Counted from the stretch's first letter, positions 26,218 to 40,024 are shown. The stretch is DNA of 64,000 nt from Lingula anatina (GCA_051362555.1 CM120640.1:71402788-71466787); one strand, 5' to 3'. Notes: generated from the sequence alone by a model not told the origin. Numbers and translations: made by a program.

Positions 26218-26392
26218 TGCCCTATTCAGAAAAGGGGACTAACTAGTCCAAGGGTGAAATATGGCTGACTCACTTGAATACTTCCCCACGGGATATCTAC
26301 TTAAGTGTCTATTAATGGATAAGACGGCAAGCTTTGTAGTGTGTCACCATATTTGACCCTTGGACTAGTTAGTCCCCTATTCTGAATGGGGC
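26218..26392. mobile_element. Long-palindrome MITE; related TIRs at 53142-53393
   Basis: gccctattcagaaaaggggactaactagtccaaggg ... cccttggactagttagtcccctattctgaatggggc. The second element has ggccccattcagaat ... attctgaatgggacc. Confidence 0.75.
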
Positions 26393-26436
26393 CCCAAGAT
26401 ACACCCTTAAATCCAAGTTATTGTTTCTTTAACCAG

Positions 26437-29400
26437 ATGGAGCTGAGACCCTTGAAGGTGTTCCAGGTGACAGGATTGTCTCTGGTGGACAGAGAGAACA
26501 TTGGACAGCAGATAGAAGACCTGGGAGGGACATATATTGACTCAGAGGTGGGTGTGAGCTGGTTCATTTTTATGTTAAGATTAAGAAGAACAATTTTTGT
26601 AGAATTCTGATTTGTATATATTACTTTTATTTTTATAATGACTTCATAATGGCATTATTATAGACACATGTTTTTGATCTATAATCAAACAATGATCTTC
26701 CTATTAATATATACTATTTATATATAGTACAATTTATATTCTTATATATTATAATTCTTAGGCTTATATACCCAGTTGCACCCACCTGATATGTGGTAAA
26801 CCCAGCAGGAGTGAGAAATACCTAGCAGCATGTGCCACAGGTACGTACTGTAATGACTCGACTTAGCCTAATCACATAAGAAGAAAGTGTAAATCTAATA
26901 TAATGAATAAAGTAATGATCAGACATTGTGATTGGTACTGCCTATAGGGAAATGTGTCATTTTGTGTTCAATGGCCCAGATATCATCATCATTATCAATT
27001 CCTTTTATGCTGTTGGGCATCTAGGGCACCAACAAAGATCTTCCACTGCTCTCTTTCATGAACTAGGTGTTGAATGGTTTCCCAGCTTTCTCCTAGTTGT
27101 TTCAACTCTGCTTTGACGGTCCTTCTGCATGTGGTCTTAGACCTGCCTAATTTTCTGTGTCTCTCTGGTGTCCAGTACTTGGCTACTTTTGTATGATGGA
27201 TTAATTCCACTACAGTTCATTGCTGGGTTCTATATCCTCTCCTACATGGCTTCTTTTTATGGAATTTTACATTTTGCCTTGCCCTATTATTTTCACTGCT
27301 AAACACTATAGCACCTTTCAGTATGGAAATAATTAACCGTAATTAAAAAGTTATTTAAAAGTTATTCAGATATTACACAAAGTGTGTGTTACTAATTAAG
27401 ATGTAACTCAAAAGTGTATTCCCATATGGATTGGCTCTATTACAAATTTATTGCCAAGTGCTTACTCATGTGTCTTCAGTGTATCATGCGACAATCTGTT
27501 TCCAGAGTGTTGGGTTCTTGTAATACATAATATTGTTGTTAGACAGTTTAAAGGGATAATAACTCTTCGTATGAGATCTCTATTTCACAATAAAAACATT
27601 GTGAACAACTCATAGAAATATAATATATGCTGTTGTACCATAGAAATGGCAGTTATAGCTATTATTCTGATATCTGAGCTTGTCTTTAGACCACGTGACC
27701 TAAATTGATGGCTATACAAGGCAAAAAAAAAAAAAGACTTTTTAGAAAAAACAGAGATTAAATTTGAATGTAAAAATGGATTCATAAACCATCGGTAAGT
27801 ATGGGAAAATTGTTTTTTTACTCCAGGAAAATGTATTTTTTGGCCAACACGAAGAGTTATTATCCCTTTAACATCATAAACTCATGGGTGAAACCAACAG
27901 CTTCATGTAAGATTATTATGGTAGAATCGTTACACAGTATCCTCCACCTGACGTGGCTCATCACACACTGTGCAACTTCCTGCGCTTTCCAAACCCACAT
28001 GACCAAGACGCGCTACACCAAGCCTCAGGCACATATTACAACAATATATGTCTATTTCCAGGGCGCTGGGTTCTTCAGCCCAGGTACATTAAGGACAGCC
28101 TTGAGATGAAGCAGTGGTTGTCAGAAGAGGAGTATGAGTGGTCAACATCCGCCCTCAAGGCCAGTGGTCTGCCCTATGATGACCTCCAGCAGGCTGTACA
28201 AGCTGTACGTCGCTGGAGACTGAACTGGTCAAGATCTGGCCTGGGGGCATTCGCAGGATGGAGGGTGGCTGTAGTAGTCAGCAATGCCACCAAGAAACAA
28301 GTATACCGGAGGTGAGATTCTGCATTAAACCAATATCAAGTTTAAAAACTTTGAACATGTTATGTTTGAAGACAGCAAATTGGACGTGTTTTCACATGTT
28401 CTCACCTTTTTATATTTTAGGTTGTTGAAGATAGGTGGAGCCACCGTACACAACTTGTCCCTTCCCTTGAGCAGCAGTAACAAGCAGGTGTCCAGTTTAA
28501 CTCATATATTTGTGGACCGTGAGAATGCCCCAGGGGCTGCAGTGGAAGGGGTGTGGTGCCTGAGACCTGAGTACATAGGAGAGTTTTTGTTCAAGGTTGG
28601 TTTTGAATTTTGTCCTTAGCTTTTCTTTTTGCTCCCCCCCCCTCCTCCCCCCAACCACACAAACACACTGCAAAAAAATCCAATTGGAACTTCAATAATA
28701 ACATAAAAAGAAAAATGAAATTTTTTCAAAGAGAAAGCAATATCTTATTTAAAAACCACATATTTCTGCTTTACCTAAGTCATTTATTCCTAGATCAAAC
28801 AACTTCCCTATAAAACTCTTCAGGATATATCATTGCACACGATTTCAGTTTGCTGCCTTTTATTCCAGGACCCTCCCCCTGATCCTCATAATTTCTCTGT
28901 GGAGGTCAACCAGCGTCCAGATCCTACCAAGTTCTCTGTAGTAGCAGGTCCTGACCACCAACCTGAAGAGAAAACACCATCTGGCACATCCAGAGTTGAT
29001 TGTCACAGTTTTCAAATTACTGGTACTCCCACAGAGCAACAAGCTGAAAGTGCCAATGTTCAACAGCTAAATCCAGTTTCAAAGAATTGTGACCTTGTGG
29101 AGAAGTCCCCATTAAAAGCTACAAGTTCCCACAAAGTACAGTCTAAGGCAGGGATACGTGAGGGCCCCAAAGTGAAACAATCTAGAAAAACATCCGCTAT
29201 CAGTTTCAAGGGAGAAGAGTCCAAAACAACTCCCAAAGTCAAACAGTCCAGCATTATGAGTTTTCTTGTGCCTTCCCCCAAACCAAAGGACCAGAAACCC
29301 CAGTGTTCTGGGAGCATTGATGCTTTGACAGGTTCTTCTGTTGAGAAACCTGGGAATTCCTCAAACTGTGCAACTACAGGAAAATACCATAAATTGAAAG

Positions 29401-32400
29401 TTCTGAATGAGCGGAGCCCAGGCAAGCCATCCCCAGTTTATCAGAGAAGTACGTTAAGGGGACAGAGCAAACCAACACATGACTTGTTGTTGAAAGATTT
29501 GGACAAACATGATGTCTCCAAAAGTACAGAGACAGCCACAGATTGGAATGCTGGGAAAACATCTGGCACGGTATCTCCACTGAGGACACGCTCTAGAACT
29601 GCAGCTAAACTGCTGCCCCCTGGTGTTAGCTGCTGTCAACCTGAACACTCAGATCTAGTTTCATCAGCTCAGGTCAGGAATACACCAGAATCTGTGGCAG
29701 CCTCAGGTAAGGAGCAGGTGTCCATGGTTTTCATGGCCAGGTCCTGGTACTATTACAGATGACAAGTTAACAAACAGAAAAGCCAGCGAGTTTTAAACAA
29801 AGTGGAAGCAGGATATTGGCAAAACTGTTATTTCATACACTAATATGTGATGTGTTATTTACCTGAAAACAGTATTAGAAATCAAGGTACTAATAATGGA
29901 GTTGTACAATATAATATATGTGATACAATACAATACAATACTATATCATAATAGAGATATGTATATATTTCAGACTATGACTGTTCTCAGAACAGCGATT
30001 CTTCAGTGGGTTCTTTGCAGCCAAGAGTTAAATTACAGCGGCTTGAGATGGACACGGACTCCCTGCCATTTTCATTAGCTACTTACTCTGAACACACACA
30101 GTCTTCACAGGGAGGAAGTAATAACAGGAAGAGAAAACTGGGTGGGGAGGAAAAAATGGAGAAGGAAAACATAACGGGAAAACGGAAAAAGGTGATAATC
30201 TGTCTCACAACTTGAGTAAGTCAAGGATGTGACTACTGAATGCAATTGATATTCTAAGCACTTGAAAATAGACATTCTGATGTAAAATTAGTTGAATTTC
30301 AGTGTTTGAGGGTGACCTTTTAAGCAACAAGACCTGTTATATGGAGTGAATGATTGATAGTGATACTGATATTTACTACTACATGAACCTGTATTTCAGC
30401 TTCCTGGAACTGGAAGTATGTGGCGTCCTCGTAATGCAGATTTCCTTACAAGTTTGAAAGACAAAAATGGCATGGTAAGCACTGCTGTGATTATCTTGAT
30501 TGATTCCTCATCAAGGTGAATATCCAAGTTTTTTTTTTCTTTGGGACTAGGGAATAAAATTTCTCAATGTTTCCAGTTACACACTGGTGTCCTTCTTACT
30601 GCCAAGATGATCAATTTCTAAGATATTTCAGATTATTTCTATGCAATCTTAAGTCCATTGACTAGATCTGTAACTAAGAGTATAAGTGCAAGCAGATCAA
30701 CTTCTCTATCAGCTCCTTTATTTGCTGTAAAAATACACACACAACATTTGATGAATGACTGAGGCAAAAATAACACGTATTAGAAGTGACTTAGGGAATT
30801 TATACTTACCCCCCACGTGATACAACAAGCGGGGAAAGTGGTCACAAATATTTGCTCTGATTTCCAGTTGCTGACTGAGGAGAGGTCACACCCGCTGACC
30901 AGGACGGTGACCGGTCTGTTTGAGACGGGGCTGGAGGAGGGGATGATGGTCATGGCGGTCAACTCCTTGATGTCCCTGGTATCGAGGCAAAGATATCCTC
31001 AGTCCAGCACCTTGTACCAGCTGATGAATAACATCCTGATGGTAAGCTGTCCCAGTATTAACATCCTGTTGGTAAGCTGTCCCAGTATTAATATCCTGTT
31101 GGTAAGCTGTCCCAGTATTAACATCCTGTTGGTAAGCCAACATTATTAACATCTTGTTGGTAAGAAGTCCCATTATCAGTACTGATGAATAATATCCTGT
31201 TGGTAACCTGTCCCATTATTATCATCCTGTTGGTAAGCTGTTCCATTATTATCATCCTGTTGGTAAGTTATCCCATTATTATCATCCAGTTGGTAAGTTG
31301 TCCCATTATTAATACTTTACCAGCTGATAATAACATCCTGTTGGTAAGTTATCCCATTATTATCATCCAGTTGGTAAGCTGTCACATTATCAATACTGAT
31401 GAATAACATACGGTTGATTAGCTGTCCCAGTATCAGTACTTTAATTGCTGTTATATAATTGTGTAAACTGATGAAGTTAGTTTATTTAAGCCACACAGGC
31501 TGATATCAATCAATTTAGACTTTTATTTTTATTTTACACTAAATTATCAGGTGTCTACAGATGAGGTCACCATGTACAGGGCCTATAATGCTCTGCGTCG
31601 CATCAGTACCTGCCACCCGCCAACCACACCTGCCCTGAGGACCGTCTACCTCCACGCTCTTCATAAAGATGGTGTCTGCAACAAGGAGAATACTGCAGCA
31701 GAGTGGGAGTTCATCAGAGGAATACTGGAGTAAGTATCTATATAGCTATTATATCAGAGGGATACTGGAGTTAGTATTTATATAGATGATACATCAGAGG
31801 GATACTGGAGTGAGTATATATATAGATGATATATCAGAGGGATACTGGAGTGAGTATATATATAGATGATATATCAGAGGGATACTGGAGTGAGTATATA
31901 TATATAGATGATATATCAGAGGGATACTGGAGTAAGTATCTATATAGATGATATATCAGAGGGATACTGGAGTGAGTATCTATACAGATGATATATCAGA
32001 GGGATACTGGAGTAAGTATCTATATAGCTCTTATATCAGAGGGATACTGGAGTGAGTATCTATACAGATGATATATCAGAGGGATACTGGAGTAAGTATC
32101 TATACAGATGATATATCAGAGGGATACTGGAGTAAGTATCTATACAGATGATATATCAGAGGGATACTGGAGTAAGTATCTATACAGATGATATATCAGA
32201 GGGATACTGGACTGAGTATCTATACAGATGATATATCAGAGGGATACTGGAGTAAGTATCTATATAGCTCTTATATCAGAGGGATACTGGAGTGAGTATC
32301 TATACAGATGATATATCAGAGGGATACTGGAGTGAGTATCTTTACAGATGATATATCAGAGGGATACTGGAGTAAGTATCTATATAGATGATATATCAAA

Positions 32401-34257
32401 GGGATACTGGAGTGAGTATCTATTCAGGTGATACAGTGTGCAGTATTCAGGTTGTGATAGCTTGGTGCTCTTTACAGAGATATAGCATGTTTAACAACCA
32501 CATCTGGTTATAATGGCACAGCTCAGTGAGTATAGTCTACCTATTGAACCAGTCAAGACAAACACATTGTCCTAGTCTTATACTTTAATAAATTCACCTT
32601 TTGCTGTCATTTTCTTACTGAATAATTCTGCTTGTTGATATTATGCAGCTGTCATTGTTTCTGTTGCAGACAGCTGATACAGAGTCCTGAAGAAAGAGAA
32701 GAGGCACCGTCCCTTCACCCCCTGCACCACACCCGCTGTCTTCTCCTCCTACAGTACCTAGTCACACTACTAGAGCAGGACTTCCAGCATATGATGTTAA
32801 GGTGAGTAGCTGAATATACAGAAACAACTCAGGGGTTAGAGAGACTCTTGTCTTATGTGGAGGATTGAGTGGTGGCATAAAGGAGCATTATCTGTGCTTA
32901 TGTGGGGTGGGGATTGAGCGAGGTCTTTTGGCTATGATTCTTTCTTTCTTTCTTTCTGAGAACTCTTTCTGAGAACTGATAAGCAGGAATGCCAGAAAAT
33001 AACATAAACACAGTGTAATGGATTTCAAACTTACTTAAAATCTTATGTAGAAATAATGTTTAACTTCTGGATAAGGGAGTTCAGTTACAAAGTTGACAAT
33101 CAGTATTGATTAAGAATGATACATGTTTGTGTGAGATGTACATTGTTTTACACCCAGAACAAGGAATGGCTCCCTCAACAAACAGGCACCATCATGTATG
33201 CTGGGGAAGATACTGTGGCCTTCTGGTCCCCCTGGAACCCTGAATACCTACTGCAAAGAACTGCTGGCTTACCTTACCTCTATAGCAGCCAGCAAGGATA
33301 TAACAGATAAAGTAGGTACACCTCTATAGCAGCCAGCAAGGATATAACAAATAAAGTAGGTACACTTCTATAGCAGCCAGCCAGGATATAACAGATAAAG
33401 TAGGTACACCTCTATAGTAGCCAGCCAGGATATAACAGATAAGGTAGGTACACCTCTATAGCAGCCAGCCAGGATATAACAGATAAAGTAGGTACACCTC
33501 TATAGCAGCCGGCCAGGATATAACAGATAAAGTAGGTACACCTTTATAGCAGCCAGCCAGGATATAACAGATAAAGTAGGTGCACCTCTATAGCAGCCAG
33601 CCAGGATATAACAGATAAAGTAGGTACACCTCTATAGCAGCCAGCCAGGACATAACAGATAAAGTAGGTACACCTCTATAGCAGCCAGCCAGGATTTAAC
33701 AGATAAAGTAGGTACACCTCTATTGCAGCCAGCCAGGATATAACAGATAAAGTAGGTGCACCTCTATAGCAGCCAGCCAGGATATAACAGATAAAGTAGG
33801 TGCACCTCTATAGCAGCCAGCCAGGATATAACAGATAAAGTAGGTACACCTCTATAGCAGCCAGCCAGGATATAACAGATAAAGTAGGTGCACCTCTATA
33901 GCAGCCAGCCAGGATATAACAGATAAAGTAGGTGCACCTCTATAGCAGCCAGCCAGGATATAACAGATAAAGTAGGTACACCTCTATAGCAGCCAGCCAG
34001 GATATAACAGATAATGAATATAAAAGTCATATAACTCACTATTGGTTGAATATGAATGCTATGATCAGTTAATTATGTAATTATTTCAGAACACAGCTGT
34101 TCATTTGGTGCAGAGTTTGATTACCATGGCAGCTGCATACACACAGTTGTTGGAGAGGGTGAAGACAAAGGAGACCTCCAGTATTGGTGACAGAGCTGTG
34201 CACTTTGCTAGGGAGGTGGCCCTCAAAATTATGAGTAAGTCATGAAAACACGCACAA

Positions 34258-34333
<76 letters not shown>

Positions 34334-37300
34334 CAGATGTTTTACTCTATACGTGAATTTTATTTTACAAGATGAATTAGTGTAAGTATGCAGGTTGGAT
34401 AATATATAAGGTTTGGAAATTCTCAGCACCTTTTTATTATTATTATTATTAAATAGTCCCCCCCCTTCATGTTAAATTTCTTACATATTTCTTGGTTTCA
34501 GCTGAAAACTTTGAAGATGTGTCTTCCTATGAGCTGGTGTTAAACAATCTGAAACCATCTTGGCTTTGTATGAAAGTTTGTGAACATATCCTCGACTTAC
34601 ACGACGAGTCTCTTTTGCCACTGAACTGCTACCAGGGGGAGCCACTCAGCCTCAGGAAGATTGTAAGTCGAACTGTGAACTGATCAGAATAGTTGATATA
34701 TGATATTGTGCATTTAGAAGAATGTTGTAAACATAGTCCTGATGTTTAAAGTTATAAAAAGGTATTATAGATTGTGGAGATTCTTATGCTACAAATGAAG
34801 GTCCATTAATCAATCCATTAATCAAACTTGTGAGCTCACAGCCATAAAATATATTCACATTTTAAATGACTTCATCTAATTTTCCTTCGTTTACTGTCTC
34901 TCATAATGTTGTTCAATTGCATGTGATTTTTCAGGTGTCCAGATATTTCTATGTACTCCCAGTATTGGAGGACAAGTCACTGATTTCTCCACACAAGAAA
35001 CTGAAGTCACTGAACAGCACACCTTTAAAAGATTTGGGGTGAGTAAAGTTAGGCAAGTGTGTCAAGAGGCTGATGTCAGGAAGTAATGCCTGAACTGTGT
35101 ACAGTGTTTTAGCATTGCTCTCACAGTGGTATGGCAATGTACACATTGACTACATTTCTTACATAAAAATTTCCAATGTGTTATTAATCTCAGCCAGTGT
35201 TTTGGATTACAGATTCTGAATAAGTGTTTACTGCAAAGGATTGTGTGCTTGCAGCAAATTTATTTATGATTATTTTGTCCCTGTAGTGATCCAAACCAAG
35301 GCAGTATATCTACTCAGGCCCGTAGACCCCCCAGGGGAACGGTTAATCACTGGAGCCCGGCAGAAAAAAGGAGGATTTCACAGGTCAACAAAAGGAATCC
35401 AAGAGGTACATGTTAACTTGGTGATCTGCTTCTTGTATATCAATTCCAATGTAACTGTAATATCAGCTCCCTGTATTCAGTGGGTGTTTTCAATAGTTAA
35501 ATTTTTGTTATTCAAGGATAATTTTTATGATGAATAGGGAACCACTTGTCCTACCTCCCTTCTTTGCTAATAATTTCACTTCAGTGAAACATTTCAATTT
35601 TTCTCTTTCCCTCTCTTTCAATCAGGTGAAACACCTCTTCACGTGGCTTGCATCAAGAATAATGTGGCCAAGGTGAAGGATCTTTTGGCCACCCCAGGTA
35701 ACTTCTAGGAAAACTTGAATAGATAGTAATTTTAGGAGTCTCTTGTTTCATTGATTATTAGTAATCTTATAAGCTTATATGTTTATGGGTGCTAAAGAGA
35801 ATACTGTTTAGTAATGCATGCTTTGTACAAAGATAATGATCTTCTGAATGATACAGTTCTAGTCTATGGCCGCATTTAGAACAGATGATCTCCCTACAGG
35901 TCGGAGCCAAGATTTAATCCATGTAATTGCTATACACCTGCAGGCCTTGCACCTGTGGTAGTTGGGAAGACCATTAGGGAATTTACCAGTATGGCTTTCA
36001 TAAGGGGTCGGCCATAGTTGATCCACGGACTAGTTAGTCTGCAGTTCATCTGTTCTGAAAGCGGTCTCTCAGATATTTCTAAGTGGAGACTTTACTAGTT
36101 ATAAAGAGACATGTAGCCATATTCATATAAATTATGTATGTGAATAGGGGTAGATGTGAATGCCGCGGACTACGCAGGCTGGACCCCCCTCCATGAGGCC
36201 TGCAACCACGGCCATATTGACTGTGTTATGGAGTTGCTCAAGTACAAGCCACAGAAGACTATGTACAGCTACTTTGATAATAATAATTGTGAGTGTGAGT
36301 TTCTGATGACAAATATCATGCTCTGTTCATGTCAGAAAAAGTAATGTTTGAAATTATGATCAGTTGTAGCAGTAATTTATAAAAATTGAGGATTTGAGCA
36401 GTAAGCAAAGTGGTATTATAGGTATGGATGTCATAAACAAGAAGGAAGTGATATATGAAAGTTAAAATTGGCTACTTCCAGGTCATAAGGAGTCAGGTGT
36501 GGATCTGAGGGTGTGTAATGTGGATGGCATCACACCTCTCCATGACGCTGTCCAGAACAACCACCTAGAGGTGGCCAGGGTACTACTGAACTATGGGGGT
36601 AAGCAAGCAACGGGAGCACTTAGACACTATTAGGTAGAAGATTTGGCATTTCTTAAAAAGAGTTTTATTTCATCTTCCAGAAAAAGAGTTTTGCTGTTTT
36701 CAGACCCATAATTGTATGTTAAATTTATGGGTTCTGTTCATCTTTAGAAGATCGATTTACTAATAAGTTTTTGCCACTTCTGCTTGAAGGTGCCTCACTG
36801 CTGAGTCTTGCCACCAAAGATGGCAGTGTTGCCCTGGACTATGCTTGCACTGAGGAGATGAAGAGCCTGCTGAAGACGCCTATTACTGGACCTCTGCCAG
36901 GCCACAACTCTGCCAGGAGACGACTGTACTCTACAGCATGTTAGCACTTTCATCTCATTTAATCTGCACTGTAGCCCATTCAACTTAAATGATGTAGCAC
37001 ACCTTACATAACCATTGTATATTATGGCACATCTAACACAACCATTATGTCAAAGCACACCTAACACAGCCATTATATGTCACAGCACACCTAACACAGC
37101 CATTATATGTCACAGCACACCTAACACAATCACTATATGTCAGCACACCTAACACAATCATTATGTGTCACAGCACTCCTAACACAATCATGATATGTCA
37201 GCACACCTAACACAATCATTATATGTCACAGCACACCTAACACAATCATTGTCATTCTTAGCCCACTTAACACAATCATTATATGTTGTAGCTCACCTAA

Positions 37301-37965
37301 CACAGCCACTATATGTCATAGCACACCTAAACAACAAGGTTTTCATGATATTCTAACAAGTTTTTTAATACACAATGCAAATGGGGACATAATTTAAGAG
37401 CCCAAGAATAAAGTAATAAGCTGTTTTAGTGCTTCTGAAAGTTGCACATTCATCATGCCTTCACTGTAATGATATTCCAGGTGCCCAGTCTTCTCAGGAT
37501 TGGTCTCAGACAGAGGAGGCTAGTACAAGGTTCCTGCCTGATGCAGAGGTGTATGCAGAAGTTCTGGGAGTAGAGCCACACAGGAACCATGCCAGCAGGG
37601 AGGAATGCCACAAACTGGTACTGCTGCTTTACAACATGCTGAAAACTTACATCAGCCACAATTCACTGAAACTGAGGCGTGTGGCAGCACAAGGTCCCAG
37701 GGACAACTCCCAGATTGTCCTGGATAACTCTCAGGCCTCCCAAGAACTGGAACTTTTAGAAGATTGGACAGAAAATCTGTCGAATAACCGAAATTCACAT
37801 TTTGATGAAAATGGTGGTGCCAGATTGCGAGATGATTTAGATATTGTGCGAGATCTTCGCTGCCATGTACGTGACTTTGAGGTCCATGTGAATATTTTAT
37901 ATGGAGGTGAAATACCAGTATCAGTCCGAGCTAAGATTTCAGCTATGAAGTTCCTGGGGCCATAG
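26437..37965 (+). CDS. SLF1: SMC5-SMC6 localization factor 1 (BRCT + ankyrin), 20 coding exons: 26437-26547, 26762-26840, 28062-28311, 28421-28595, 28869-29706, 29974-30191, 30400-30474, 30868-31041, 31551-31729, 32670-32801, 33158-33311, 34090-34234, 34502-34662, 34935-35038, 35287-35405, 35626-35697, 36148-36288, 36482-36598, 36790-36939, 37481-37965
   Basis: N-terminal BRCT ([51 protein letters not shown]). C-terminal ankyrin repeats ([41 protein letters not shown]). The exon chain is phase-consistent. Confidence 0.88.
26982..27200 (-). mobile_element. 5'-truncated RTE-clade LINE fragment
   Basis: [45 protein letters not shown] matches the RTE ORF C-terminus and is followed by a (TGA)n tail. 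Confidence 0.75.
31025..31438 (+). repeat. 30-bp repeat, about 13 decaying copies, of an SLF1 exon end plus donor
   Basis: Unit aacatcctg(a/t)tg|gtaagctgtcccagtatt. Confidence 0.9.
31713..32432 (+). repeat. 40-bp repeat, about 18 copies, of an SLF1 exon end plus donor
   Basis: Unit atcagagggatactgga|gt(a/g)agtatctatacagatgatat. Confidence 0.95.
33276..34013 (+). repeat. 44-bp repeat, about 17 copies, of an SLF1 exon end plus donor
   Basis: Unit acctctatagcagccagc(a/c)aggatataacagataaa|gtaggtac. Confidence 0.95.
35868..36066. mobile_element. Palindromic MITE; similar small inverted-repeat elements at 48055-48240 and 51792-51979
   Basis: ggccgcatttagaacagatga ... tcatctgttctgaaagcggtc; gtcctggggccgttttcacat ... 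atgtgaaattgtctccaggac; ttagg..aaacactaccc..cttttagcac ... gtgctaaaag..gggtagtgtt..cctaa. Confidence 0.6.
36993..37335. repeat. 28-30-bp degenerate minisatellite, about 11 copies
   Basis: Unit cacagcacacctaacaca(a/g)(t/c)cattatatgt. Confidence 0.9.
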
Positions 37966-38221
37966 AGTATACACATTGCGGACTTTGAACAGTAGCCTCA
38001 CTATGGCACCAGTCTGATCATGTGACATACAAACCCAGATACCTGGGGCCAAAGACTATACACCACATGGACTTTGAACAGTAGCCTCACTGTGACACCA
38101 GTTTGTTCACGTGACATATAAACCCAGATACCTGAGGCCATATAGTATACACCACATGGACTTTGAACAGTAGCCTCCCTGTGCGTGGCACCAGTTTGTT
38201 CATGTGACATATAAACCCAGA
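37953..38221 (+). repeat. 89-bp repeat x3 beginning in the last codons and stop of SLF1
   Basis: cctggggccatag..ggactttgaacagtagcctc..aaacccagata at 37953, 38042 and 38131. Confidence 0.9.
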
Positions 38222-38385
38222 CTGTGCCAGATACTCTGTCTCTCAATGTAGACAAATAAGCATCATGGCACTTCAGATTAACGTGAAATAAGATTAATTT
38301 GTCTATTTGCTATTTTTTATTTGCTTTCTAGCTGCACATTAGTAATTCCTGATTATTTTTGTATTTGTTGGAAGGGATGTGAGGG

Positions 38386-38857
38386 GGACAGAATGTATCA
38401 GTATAACTGTCAGGGACTATGTGAGGAACAGGTCACTGTAGTCCCACTAGGACAGAATGTATCAGTATAACTGTCAGGGACTATGTGAGGAACAGGTCAC
38501 TGTAGTCCCACTAGGACAGAATGTATCAGTATAACTGTCAGGGACTATGTGAGGAACAGGTCACTGTAGTCCCACTAGGACAGAATGTATCAGTATAACT
38601 GTCAGGGACTATGTGAGGAACAGGTCACTGTAGTCCCACTAGGACAGAATGTATCAGTATAACTGTCAGGGACTATGTGAGGAACAGGTCACTGTAGTCC
38701 CACTAGGACAGAATGTATCAGTATAACTGTCAGGGACTATGTGAGGAACAGGTCACTGTAGTCCCACTAGGACAGAATGTATCAGTATAACTGTCAGGGA
38801 CTATGTGAGGAACAGGTCACTGTAGTACCACTAGGACAGATTGTAACAGTATAACTG
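38386..38857. repeat. 64-bp near-perfect tandem repeat x7.3 with internal hairpin
   Basis: Unit ggacagaatgtatcagtataactgtcagggactatgtgaggaacaggtcactgtagtcccacta. Confidence 0.97.
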
Positions 38858-40024
38858 AATTTGGCAGCCATCTTATTTCCTTTGATATTTCAGGGATATT
38901 ACTTTTAGTCAAAGATTTAAGATGTCCATTACTTTTAAGGATCTTTTAATATTTGCAACAGAGTCAGGAACGAAGTGTTTCTCAAAAGTTCCTAATGCCA
39001 AACAGATGTATGTCACAAGTTAACCTGCTAATAAAGCTGAGTGGTTCACAGCTGCATAGACCTGGTGTATGTCTTATATATCTCACTCAAGAGGTGTTAA
39101 TATGTCTGTTTTGTAGTTGTCTCTTTCATACTGCTTCAGTCGTATCATTTACCATAGTGTTAAATGACGGGGGGGGGGGGGGGGGCTTCACGGCTAGTGT
39201 AGACATTATAGATTTTTTTCTGTATATTATGCTGTATATTATGTATATTATGGAGTTCTAATCAATGGAGTCCAAAACTTGATGTCTGTGAAAAACGTTA
39301 CCTCTATTGTTGATGTGTCACTTCTCACCAGAAATTCGCTGAGCTTTTAATTAATTTTGTGGCTATTGTATCTATAGTCGCTGCCTTGACAACTCTTGGT
39401 ATTTAGTACGCCCTTTGCTGGAGGAAAACCAGGTATTACGTACCTTGTATTCCTACGTGTTGTATCTGGCTAAAGACTCCGTTTTTGACGACAGAAGAAC
39501 GGGGAGAATTCTGTAACACTTACCGCAACGCATTTGCCAGTTATTGTGTGCAGTTTATTCGGCCACAAAAGCATCGATGGACAAACAGCAATTTTTTGAA
39601 AAAAAGAAAGTGACATAGTTCAATTTTTTGTGATAACTTAAAAGTCAAAGTAAAGGACAAAATTAAACGGCAGTTAAAGGGAGAGCGAGATGTACAAGTA
39701 GCGCAAGTGATTATCGATCCATCTTTTCAGTATTATTGAAAAAATATGAGAATATAGTAAATACAAATGATTGCCTTAAGGAAATTTAATTTATAACAGC
39801 AACACTGAAAACCAATCTGCTGGGCCAGGTTGAAAAGTTCGAACCCGCAATACTTGGGTCATGGATTTAAGAGATATATTTGTGATTTCGCGTTGTTTAT
39901 TCGTCTGTGCCTGGTCCAAAACAACGTCATGCCGTGTGATAATGGTCTTTAGAAAGCAGGGGATTTTAATTGTTGGATAAGGAAAACGCCTTCTAAAGCT
40001 GTTTTCCTACATTTAAGTTCACCT

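Noticed and set aside
36940-37335. 30-bp array as another donor echo
   Set aside because: It becomes clear only about 55 nt into the intron and has no convincing exon-derived part.
8787-38857. Regular 40-64-bp arrays as CRISPR-like loci
   Set aside because: There are no unique spacers and no cas genes, and the context is eukaryotic introns and UTRs.
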